Assembly (NCBI RefSeq): GCF_004010195.1
Contig: NC_057760.1
Span: 2,005,376-2,025,375 of the forward strand
From: Chiloscyllium plagiosum
Taxonomy: Eukaryota
Direction of reading: 5' to 3'
DNA: 20,000 nucleotides
The position numbers and the translations under genes are program-made. The notes beneath the pieces are model-generated. The model searched no databases. It was not told the DNA's origin and saw only the letters and a program-made list of their open reading frames with translations. This document shows, piece after piece, positions 1 through 9,340 of this stretch. Within the stretch, counting starts at the first letter, position 1. Each line of letters begins with the position of its first letter.

Positions 1-64
1 TATGGAAGATGCCATTATTGAATAAGCAAAAAAAAAATCATAAAGATTGGGAGGATCAGCAATT

Positions 65-177
65 GGAAATGCAGAGTTACAGGGATAATATAGGAATCTG
101 GGTGGAATGCTCTTTGGAGGGTCATTGTGGATTCAATGGGCCAAATTGTCAGCTTCACACTGGAGGGATTCTATGAT
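65..177 (+). mobile_element. 3' tail fragment of HE1-type SINE (CR1/HER1-derived tail)
   Basis: gggtggaatgctctttggagggtcattgtgga...cacactggagggattctatgat is homologous to the 3' ends of the SINE copies at 16640-16730 and 16885-16959 in this window. Confidence 0.75.
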
Positions 178-484
178 AATTGGGTGAAAACTAGAATGAA
201 GATCCAGAATAAGAACAACCTCATGAACAGTCGGAATCTGAATGGAAGAGAAAACACAATAAAGACAAAGCCATCTGCCATCATCTGTAAAGACAAAAGG
301 GATCCCTGTGGGCAGGGGTAACTCAACTAAGAAAAAATAACTGACAATGAAATGGGTAAATAAAGGCTCAGGTCAAAGCTGGTAAAGGATTGAAAAATAG
401 AAAACAATAAGCAGCAGTTGTATTAAAAGCTGAATAAGATTTTTTTTTAAAAAAGTCAACACATGGTGAACCTCAACTAAACCC

Positions 485-916
485 TAAAGGGAGTGCAGGA
501 AGGGAGATCTGGAGTGTATACACATGTACACATCGATGAAGGTGCCAAGGCAAGTTACGAATGTTGGTTAAAAGGCCACGGAATATCCCAGACACAGAAC
601 ACAAGCAAGGAAGTTACGACAAGTTTGAATAATCCAGGTTTAGGCACAGTTCTTTAGGAAAGATGTGGCTTTAGTAAGGATGCAGAAAAGGTTGGCAAGC
701 ACCTCAGGGATTCGGGGTACGGGAGAAGCTGGCTTGCTTTCTTTTGAGACACCCGAGAGGAGATTTCATTGAGATCATCAAAATTTATAGACCAATCTTG
801 ACACTTTACAGAGAAAAACTGTACCTAATGGTAGAACAGTCAAAAGTCAGAGGATACAGATATAAAGGTGAATAGCAAAACAATAAAGACAATAGGAGGT
901 AAAGGCTTTTTAGGGT
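485..916 (+). mobile_element. Highly decayed CR1-type LINE, ORF2 3' region
   Basis: Collinear, diverged similarity to the CR1 3' region at 8440-9130 (e.g. aggaaagatgtg...gatgcagaaaagg; gagaggagatttcattgagatcatcaaaatt). No open frame. Confidence 0.6.
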
Positions 917-1098
917 GCACACATTCATTACTTTTGGCTTTCATAAGTGGGTGCAAAAAGCACCCGAAGAGGAAAAAAAAATCCGCAGGGCTTTAAAGGC
1001 TGGAAAAGCAGGAGGAGTTGAATTGTGGCAGAGATCAAGAACGGTGAAGACGAGCCAAATGGCCTCCAGCTCTGTGGTAATAATTGTACAATTATATA

Positions 1099-1170
1099 AA
1101 GAGGACTGGTTAGCACAGTTGGCTAGATGGCTAGAGCATCATGCAGAATATCGCCGACAGTGGTTGAAAG
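1099..1170 (+). mobile_element. Degenerate tRNA-derived SINE head
   Basis: ggttagcacagttggctag is an A-box-like start, followed by a decayed B-box-like ggttgaaagcc. Resembles a shark tRNA-SINE from recall only. Confidence 0.35.
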
Positions 1171-1617
1171 CCTGTCTCCACACCTTGCCTATTGCTGACC
1201 GAATGGTGCCCTTCACACATGGACAGAAGTGAAATGTCTCTCTCCAATGGGGAGGCAGAGGGACACTATTGAAATTACACAAGTACACTATACAGGCATA
1301 AAACTGAAATGAAATGGAGATCAGAAAGGCAGGAGATGAAGGAGGGCAGGATAAGGGCCTGCACAACAGCTAATTTTATAATATCACAAATCAGCTAAAT
1401 TGATAATCCAGAGCAATTATGGCTTCGGAGTCTGATTCACAGTCAGTTTTCACTTGCAATCCATATTCTAATTAAATGAGACCCCTACTCTGTGTAGAAT
1501 TAGCAATGAAATTTACCTCCTGCAATTGGTCCAGTGCATTTCAGATCAAGGTTCGACCCACTCTGAAGGGACGAGGGGGGGTGCTCAGTCAATAATATTT
1601 GTTTTGTGTATTTACAG

Positions 1618-1689
1618 AGTCTACCCCATCCAAAGATTTGGCAAGTTCCCACTCCTCAAGGAGATTTGACATTTGAAAAGAAATACAAG
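1618..1689 (+). CDS. Candidate internal coding exon (72 nt, phase 0/0): SLPHPKIWQVPTPQGDLTFEKKYK; host gene not identified
   Basis: Acceptor atttgttttgtgtatttacag (AG at 1616-1617) and donor AAG|GTACTT at 1690. Length is a multiple of 3, only frame 0 is open, and it lies in non-repeat sequence. Confidence 0.35.
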
Positions 1690-1862
1690 GTACTTACTTT
1701 TTGAGAAGAGGAGGATTTGGATTAAAAAGTACAACACCTACATATTCTTTTCTAAATTAATCTTGGACAGCTGCTCTTCTTTCAGTCATATAAAGAGAAA
1801 TTCCACTCTAGACAATTATTCCCTGCACACTGCTACTGGACAAGATTGGAGATGCTTGCTTT

Positions 1863-2047
1863 AGGATTGGAGGTGCTTGCTTCCCAGGCACATGCAGTTC
1901 GTTACCTTGGAGATATGATGTGGAGGAGCTGGTGTTGGACTGGAGTGGACAAAGTTAAAAATCACAACACCAGGTTATAGCCAAACAGGTTTATTTGGAA
2001 GCACTAGCTTTCGGAGCGCTGCTTCTTCATCAGGTATCCTGTCACCA
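1863..2047. repeat. Left arm of ~180-bp inverted repeat (contains a Penelope terminal-repeat fragment at ~1916-2035)
   Basis: Reverse complement of 2784-2962, with about 10 substitutions and one 6-bp indel. Confidence 0.95.
2002..2036 (-). ncRNA. Minimal type I hammerhead-ribozyme-like motif (Penelope terminal repeat)
   Basis: Minus strand reads tac-CTGATGA-a-gaagc-agc-gctcc-GAAA-gc-TA-gtg. The core is intact, stem II has one mismatch, stem III is the palindrome AGCT, and tac/gtg forms stem I. Confidence 0.6.
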
Positions 2048-2341
2048 CCTTCAACCACACCTGAATTAGTCTCTACCAGAGAAAAAAAAATCTTGAGCAG
2101 ATATTACTTAGTAGATCATCTACTTAACCTACAGCAACTCAATTTAATGCTTAGTGTTTTAAACTCACCTGGATAAGATGGTGCTCACATATCACAGGTC
2201 CACAGACAAAGCATTAGACAGATCCCTCATGTCGTCTGCTTAGAATAAATTAAATGGAAGATGTTAGGCACCATGTGGATCTTGTTGACTTCGAGATCCT
2301 TGACTGGAGTTGTTAACCTGGGCAAACCAGGAAGTCCTAGA

Positions 2342-2470
2342 AGAAAGTGAGGACTGCAGATGCTGGAGATCAGAAGTGAAAAGTACAGCATCCGAGGAGC
2401 GGGAGAGTTGACGTTTCGAGCAGGAAACCTGATGAAGAGCTCATTCTCGAAATGTCGATACTCCTGCTCT
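2342..2470. mobile_element. Penelope-derived inverted (hairpin) fragment with decayed hammerhead core
   Basis: agaaagtgaggactgcagatgctggagatcag...gacgtttcgagc followed by CTGATGA(2429-2435)...GAAA(2449-2452)tgtc. Same family as 8619-8819 and 12971-13117. Confidence 0.8.
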
Positions 2471-2498
2471 CCCAATCTGGAATCCCTGGATGACAAAC

Positions 2499-2772
2499 AA
2501 ACAGGGGATTTAGAATCCCCTCAGTTCAGGGGACTGACTCCAAGCTGGCTAGTCAAACAGCCAGTGTTAAAAAAAAAGAAAAAATAAACAGGGGGATTGG
2601 GCCTTGTGAAGAAATACAGCCCCTACCTCTGATCTGGGTTCAAGTCCCTCGTACTCCAGACATATGTAAGCATCTCTGAATAGATTGTTTAGGAAAAAAT
2701 AGGTATAAACAGGAGATTTAGAATCTCCTCAGTACAGGAGATTGATTGCAAGCTGGCTAGCCACAAGTTAGT
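2499..2772 (+). repeat. Two direct copies of a ~67-bp unit (2499-2565, 2707-2772) separated by an A-run and a SINE fragment
   Basis: aaacaggggatttagaatcccctcagttcaggggactgactccaagctggctag versus aaacaggagatttagaatctcctcagtacaggagattgattgcaagctggctag. Confidence 0.9.
2599..2705 (+). mobile_element. tRNA-derived SINE fragment
   Basis: B-box-like gggttcaagtccc at 2636-2648 and an A-rich end. Flanked by near-duplicate taaacagggggatt (2585-2598) and taaacaggagatt (2706-2718), a possible TSD. Confidence 0.5.
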
Positions 2773-2783
2773 AAAGGGTGACT

Positions 2784-2962
2784 TGGTGACAGGATACCTG
2801 ATGAAGAAGCAGCACTCCGAAAGCTTCCAAATAAACCCGTTCGGCTATAACCTGGTGTTGTGATTTTTAACTTTGTCCACTCCAGTCCAACATCAGCCCC
2901 TCCACATCATATCTCCAAGATAATGAACTGCATGTGCCAGAGAAGCAAGCACTTCCAATCCT
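2784..2962. repeat. Right arm of ~180-bp inverted repeat (Penelope terminal-repeat fragment plus duplicated flank)
   Basis: Reverse complement of 1863-2047. Contains CTGATGA (2798-2804) and GAAA (2819-2822), with a 6-bp deletion at the cleavage-site/stem I region. Confidence 0.95.
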
Positions 2963-4475
2963 TCTGGCATTCTTGTCATCCCCAAAATTACAGGCTTCCA
3001 GATTGGTGCACCACTCTCTCAGCTGCCCACTAACAACATTAAAGTTTTAATTATCACTAGAAAACAAACCCTTCAAACAGAAGTGACAAGCACCTCCGCA
3101 CATTTGCTTTAAAAAAAAGCAGTGCAGCAACCAGGCTGACTCAGATCCAACATAATAGGGTTTGCTATATCCAAACTATACTTTTAATGTTAGTATATAG
3201 CAATGCTTGCTGCATTCCTGATATATTGCTTCTAGCAATAGAATCTCTTCCGTTACAGAGGTTACAAGGACATAATGAAATCAATGGACAAATTATCTAA
3301 ACAGCTTGCAAAGTCAATCAATTGTATTCATTACTGCTTCTGATTTTGTGATGGGGAACGTCAAGAATGTTTCAACAACACGTGGCATTCCTGTTTGCTG
3401 TTTGGATATAAAAATATACATATAAAATGGTAAAAAATTTGCATGTGGAGTTGTTAAGATTGTGATAAATTTGCCAGTAAAAATCAAGAAAAGCAAAATT
3501 CCTTAGTTCACAACTGTGATTTTTCACTGTGACCCATCGCACCCAAGGTGGAACGGTTACTTTGACTACTTATCTATTTACATTGACCAAGTGCATTTGA
3601 TGTGCTCAAGGATTATCTGATCAAAATTCACATGTAATTAATTTACACACTCCTCCATCGCCTTGTCTAATTTTCACTCCTCTTCAGAGGATACATAATA
3701 ATGATAGAGCACAGCTTTAGTCATCAGCATTTCTCCAACACCTCCATTACTCACATTATGTTGGAATTCAGACAACTAACACTGACAGACTATGTGATTG
3801 CAGAATCAATCTGGCCCTCAATGACCAACACGTGTGCACTTTTCTAGCAGGTGCACAGAGGGAAGAGAGGGGCTGGGAGGAGAGAAGAGAAGAAATCATG
3901 GACAAGACAAAGTCCCATTCATCCCAAACACCAACAGATGCACTTTACCAGGAGGCCACTGAACAGACAGCAGGAATTTGGGACTTTATTTTAAACTTCC
4001 TCTAAGTAACATAAATTGTAATGTCAAGGTGCCCTTTGGAAACGAAAGTTTCCAACTATAACAGAAGTTGGGATATGTGGGTCTGGACATTTCAGTTCAA
4101 GAAGATGGAAACTTACAAATATTAGTAGCCCATTGAGCCTCCCCCACCCACAAAAAAGATCATGCCTTTTATGCATCTATTTCCCATAACCTTGAATGCA
4201 CTGCACGCAGAAATCTATCAATTTCTACCTGAAACATACCTCAGACTGAGCTTCACAATCTTCTGTGGTAGAGATTTCGCCGGGGTGGGGAAAGAAGAGT
4301 TGGTGGTTGTGTGTGCATGTGAACGAGAGGCGGAGGCCTGGAGGGGATGGGGGCAAATGTAAACTTCCCCAGTTCTCTCCCCCCTCCCCCCCCAGTGAAA
4401 AATAATGGCTTGAAAGAACTGTATTCACATAGTTTCACTAATGCAGAAGATTTGTGAAGTGCAAACATTAGACAT

Positions 4476-4571
4476 TTCTGAGAAAGGGTCACTCGACCTG
4501 AAACTTTAACCGATTTCTCTCCACAGTTGCTGCCAGACCTGCCGTGCTTTCCCAGCAATCTCTATTTTGTT
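4476..4571 (+). mobile_element. Penelope-derived short repeat (second subfamily), decayed hammerhead-like head
   Basis: ctgagaaagggtcactcgacctgaaac...ccacagttgctgccagacctgc...ccagcaat. Homologous fragments at 13951-14018, 11585-11636 and 17025-17060. Confidence 0.7.
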
Positions 4572-5063
4572 ACGAACATTAGGCATATAGATTTTCAAAG
4601 AGAAACTTGTCTGTGTATTTAATATATCTCAAATAAATGTGCGCCTTATAGCTGTTTCACACAAAGTTCCCACAAACAGCAGGACAAATGTCACATGCAG
4701 TTTTTTTTTGGTGGGTTTTAAGGACACCAAGTAACCTCCTGTCTTTGACAGTATAAACCCACCTTGGGTCATTAAGGCAGCTGGCTCAGATTGGAATAGT
4801 CTAACATAGGAAAGCACTCTGCACTGGGTCCTAGCACAAACCACTGCACTGCCTGAATGTTCATAAATAGGCACCTCTTCTGATTCTGATATTTGACGTC
4901 AATACTGCCATTCCAAGGTCAAAGACTGCAGCTGGAACATGCTATGCAGGAAGCAGGACTGTGCTCTGTGCTTTATTAACCATACACTCAAACCAAACGC
5001 TTCAATCCCAGCAAAAACTTTCAGCTTTTCCAGTCAGGCAGCCAATGCTGCCATTAGGTTTAC

Positions 5064-5128
5064 TCAGAGGGCAAGTACAGCAAGGCTCTAAATGCAGAAT
5101 AAAGCTCCTTCTACACTGTCCCTATCAA
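5064..5128 (+). repeat. Single decayed unit of a ~65-bp dispersed minisatellite-type repeat
   Basis: aaagctccttctacactgtccctatcaa matches cactgtccctatcaa at ~11517-11531. Further units at 11408-11575. Confidence 0.6.
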
Positions 5129-5384
5129 TCAGATAGAAAGTAAAGGAGGAGATGGCTTTTTTTTTTGATGAGGAGAGTTTCAGCTAAGTGCTTGATTGTT
5201 CTTTTAAGATTTTAAATTTGTTTTTATCTTTTGCATGCTTAAGATTAAAATCTGTGGGTAAGGAAGGGTAGTTTTTTTTTAAAAACAGAAGGTGCATCTA
5301 AGAGCTTCTTTTTAGGCCTAAGGTCACTCAAGAGACACTGTGATGGTTAGTAGATTTAGAGAGGTGGTTACATAGCATGATCAT

Positions 5385-5470
5385 TCAGATACTGCAAACA
5401 ACATGGTGGAGATCACAGCAGGTCAGACAGCATCCAGGGACAGCAAGCTAATGTTGAGTCTAGATGGATC
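5385..5470 (-). mobile_element. Penelope-derived terminal-repeat fragment
   Basis: cagcaggtcagacagcatccaggga is identical to 8643-8667. Confidence 0.7.
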
Positions 5471-6574
5471 AGTCAGATAGATGGGTGACTGTCAGGGAAG
5501 GCAGAAATGTCCTGTAGCTATTCCTCTCTCAAACAGATATTCCATTTTGGATACGGTTAAAGGGGATAGTCTTTCAGAGGAAAGCAGAAGCAGCAGTCAG
5601 ATCTTGGGCACTAAGAATTAGTCTTACGTTAACTGGGGCTTAAGGTTCAAAAGAATAATTGTTAAAGGGGACTGCCCTGTCAGGGGCACAGACTGGAGAT
5701 CCTGCAGCCGTGAGCATGAATCTCAGATATTACGCTGCCTTCCTCGTGCCAGGGTTTAGGACATCTCAAAGCAGTTGAAGCATACTGCCAAAGGGAAGAG
5801 TGAGTAGCCGAAAGACATTGGTAGGACAGAGGTAGTAAAGGGTTCAGACTTTGCAGAGTAAATATGAGGTTAGCTTGAAGGCTAAAAAAGCAGAACCTCA
5901 CAAGTAGCAATCTCTTTTACTTCCACGTTCTAATCAGTAGGAATAAAAAGATAGAGCAGATAGATCAATTGGTTAATAGATGGTGCAATGTGCAAAGATT
6001 CAGATTTTTGAATAATTGGAATCTCTTCCAGAAAGACTTTCTGTTCAAAAGGGACAGGTTTCACCTTAACTTGAAAGGGACCAATATCCTTGCGGGAGAT
6101 TAGCTAGTTCTATTTTGGGAGCCCTTAAACTAGTAGAAAGGGGCAGTTCCTACGTAGCAGTGAACTGATATAGAATGGGTGTGAATCAGAAAAGAGAAAT
6201 TGGATTAGAAAAGACAGACAAGAGCAAGTCAGAGAACAAGGTAACTCTGAAGAATTAAACTGCATTTATTTCAATGCAAGGGGTCTTACAGGTAAGGCTG
6301 ATGAAATCAGGGAACAGAAGTTATTACAGAATCTTGGCTGAGGGAAGGACAGGACTGGCAGCTCAGTGTACCAGGTTTTGGATATTATAGACAGGATAGA
6401 AAGGGAGGTGAGACAGAGAGGGAGTCGCATTTGCAATTAAGGAAAATATTACAACTGTAATTAGAGAGGATATTTCTGAGGGATCATCCAGTGAAACTAT
6501 ATGGGTAGAAATTAGAAAGGATGATGACCTCGATGGGATTATACTATTGTCCTTTCAATAGTCAGAGGGAAATT

Positions 6575-6903
6575 AGATTAGATTAGATTAGATTACTTAC
6601 AGTGTGGAAACAGGCCCTTCGGCCCAACAAGTCCACACCGACCCGCCAAAGCGTAACCCACCCAGACCCATTCTCCTACATTTACCCCTTCACCTAACAC
6701 TACGGGCAATTTAGCATGGCCAATTCACCTAACCCCTGCACATTTTTGGATTGTGGGAGGAAACCGGAGCACCCGGAGGAAACCCACGCAGACACGGGGA
6801 GAATGTGCAAACTCCACACAGAGAGTCGCCTGAGGCGGGAATTGAACCCGGGTCTCTGGCGCTGTGAAGCAGCAGTGCTAACCACTGTGCTACCGTGCCG
6901 CCC
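6575..6903 (-). mobile_element. Full-length HE1-type SINE (V-SINE superfamily), young copy
   Basis: Minus strand has a tRNA-like head with A box tagcacagtgg and B box gttcaattcc, the V-domain tgtgtggagtttgcacattctccccgtgtctgcgtgggtttcctccgggtgctccggtttcctcccac, and an (aatct)n tail. 5-bp TSD aaatt at 6570-6574 and 6904-6908. Confidence 0.95.
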
Positions 6904-7812
6904 AAATTGAGGAACAAATATGTAAAGAGATCTCAGATATATGTTAAAGGCTTGGATAGTGAGGAATTTGTTAAATGTATTCATGAAAATTTTCTTTATC
7001 AATATATAAATGTACCTACCAGAGAAGCAGCAAAACTTGACCTCTTGGGAAATAAGACAGAGCAAAAGACTGAAGTGTTAGTAGGGAAACACTCTGGGAG
7101 TGACCATAATCCTATTAACCTTACAAGTCATGGAAAAAATAAGCCTTCCATAAACATTAAAGTATTTAACTGAAATAAGGGAAATTTTAAATAAGGGGAG
7201 ATAAAAACTTTCAAATGGTGATTAGAATAGACTGTTCGCAGGGAAAGGGACAACTGGCAATTGGGAGGCTTTCAAAACTATGATGAGAGTTCACAGGCAA
7301 TGTGTTCCTGTTAAAAGGCAAAGCTGGTAAGAATAGGGAACAATGGACGAATAAAGATATTGAGGCTATGAGAATCTCACACTAGACATAGACAATGGGG
7401 ATCAAATGAATCCCTTGAGTATAAAGAGAGCAGTAAACTTTTGTTTACATGGACTTTAGTAAAGTCTTTGACAAGGTTCCACATAGTAGACTAATTAGTA
7501 ATGTTACATCAAATGGGATTCAGGATAAGCTTGCCAATTGGATACAAAATTGGCTTGACAGTAGGAGACAGGTGCTGGTGATGGAGGGTTGCTTTTTGGA
7601 CTGGAGGCCCGTGACCAGCGGTGTTCTACGAGGATCAGTACTGGGTCCACTTTTGTTTGCCACTTAGAAGACCAGAAGAAATAGGAGTGGAAGTAAGGCT
7701 ATTGGATGAGAATATAGGAGGCATGGTTAGTAAGTTTGTGGATGACACGAAAATTGGTGGTATAGTGGACAGTGAAGGAGATTATCTCAAATTACAAAGA
7801 AATCTTGATCAA

Positions 7813-8310
7813 TCCTATAGGAAGGGTGTTTTGAAACTTGAAAGGGTTCAGAAAATATTTATAAGGATATTGCCAGTGTTGGAGGGTCTAAGCTATAGGG
7901 AGAGGCTGAATAGTGTTTTCTCTGGACAACTGGAGGCTGAGGGGTGACCTTATTGAGGTTTATAAAATCATGAGGGGCATGGATAAGGTAAGTAGATAGG
8001 GTCTTTTCCTTGATATGAGTCCAGAACAAAGGGGATAAGTTGAGGGTGAGAGGGGAAAGGTTTAAAAGGGACCTAAGAGGCAACATTTTCATGCAGAGGG
8101 GGTGCATGTATGTAATGAGCTGCCAAAGGAAGTAGGGGGCAGGCTGGGATAATTACAACATTTAAAAGGCATCTGGATGGGTATATGAATAGGAAGGGTT
8201 TAAGAGGGATATGGGCCAAGTGCTGGCAAATGGGACTAGATTAATTTCAGATATCTGGTTGGCATGGACAAGTTGGACTGAAGGGGCTGCTGTACATGTC
8301 TATGATTCTA
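7813..8310 (+). mobile_element. 5'-truncated CR1 3' end nested within the host CR1 RT region
   Basis: Host RT reading NLDQ (to 7812) resumes as LGQWDEDWQMDFN after 8311. The insert parallels 8840-9300 and ends in ctatgattcta. Confidence 0.8.
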
Positions 8311-8618
8311 ACTGGGTCAATGGGATGAGGATTGGCAGATGGACTTTAATTTGGATCAATATGAGGTATTGCATTTTGGTAAAACAAACAAGGGCAGGAC
8401 TTACACAGTTAATGGTAGGGCCCTGGGGAGTGTTGTATAAAAGAGACAGCGAGGAGTTCAGGTAGATAATCCTTTGAAATTTGCACCACAGGTAGACAGA
8501 GTGGTTAAGGTGCTTAGCATGCTTGCCTCATTGCTCAGACCACAGAGTAGGAATTGGGACTGAAGTCATACAGAACATTGGTGAGGCCTCTTCTGGAGCA
8601 GTGTACACAGATCTGGTC

Positions 8619-8819
8619 TGAAAATGTGTTGCTGGAACAGCGCAGCAGGTCAGACAGCATCCAGGGAACAGGAGAATCGACGTTTCGGGCACAAAACCTG
8701 AAGGGCTTATGCCCGAAACGTCGATTCTCCTGTTCCCTGGATGCTGTCTGACCTGCTTCGCTGTTCCAGCAACACATTTTCAGCTCTGATCTCCAGCATC
8801 TGCAGACCTCACTTTCTCC
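8619..8819. mobile_element. Penelope-derived non-autonomous hairpin insertion with 14-bp TSD
   Basis: Arms 8618-8691 and 8710-8783 are 74-bp reverse complements with 1 mismatch. TSD acacagatctggtc at 8605-8618 and 8820-8833. Confidence 0.92.
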
Positions 8820-9340
8820 ACACAGATCTGGTCGCCCTGCTACAGGAAGAATATTGTTAAACTGGAGAGGGTTCAATATTTACTCAGGATGTTGCTGAAT
8901 GGAGAGTTTGAGTTATAAAAATAGGCTGAGACTTTTATTCACTAGGAGCGTAGGATGTTAAGGAGTGACCTTATAGAGATTTTTAAAATCATGAAGGGTG
9001 TGGATAAGGTGAAAAGCAAGGGTCTTTTCCCTAGGGTGGGGGTGTTCAAAATTAGGGGGCATTTTTTTTAATATGAGAGGAGAATTTTAAAAAATACATG
9101 AAGGGTAACTTTTTTTTTTGTTTTAGAGCGCTTCACGAGTAGAATGAACTGCCAGAGGAAGTGGTGAAGGCAGGTACAGTTACAACATTTAAAAGATATT
9201 TGGATAAATATATGAGCTAGAAAGGTTTGGATGGATATGGGCCTAATGCAGGCAAGTGGGACTAGTTAAGTTTGGGAACATAGTCAGTGAGGACTAGTTG
9301 AACTAAAATGGTCCGAGTCAGTGTTGTTTCCACTTGAGTC

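Larger units (their letters stand above)
5476..9340 (+). mobile_element. Degenerate, internally deleted CR1 LINE (ORF1 SGNH esterase; ORF2 APE endonuclease plus RT), interrupted by insertions at 6575-6903, 7813-8310 and 8619-8819
   Basis: ORF1 remnants PVAIPLSNRYSILDT and FKRDRFHLNLKGTNILAG. ORF2 remnants LNCIYFNARGL (~6255), ITESWL, PTRE..LDL and GSDHN (APE), then MDFSKVFDKVPH, GSVLGPLLF and KFVDDTKIGG (RT, ~7449-7760). Many stops and frameshifts. Confidence 0.93.

Noticed and set aside
1370..1530. Homeodomain-site-rich segments (also 3570-3680) as conserved enhancers
   Set aside because: TAAT-type motifs are expected by chance in AT-rich DNA and cannot be supported without alignments.
2169..2235. 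Selenocysteine read-through of the single TGA in frame DMRDLSNALSVDL*YVSTILS
   Set aside because: No resemblance to a known selenoprotein motif and no SECIS evident.
6830..6903. tRNA gene (A and B boxes, tRNA-like head); likewise 16413-16480
   Set aside because: Continues directly into the V-domain and LINE-derived tail, with a TSD on the 6575-6903 copy. It is a SINE head.
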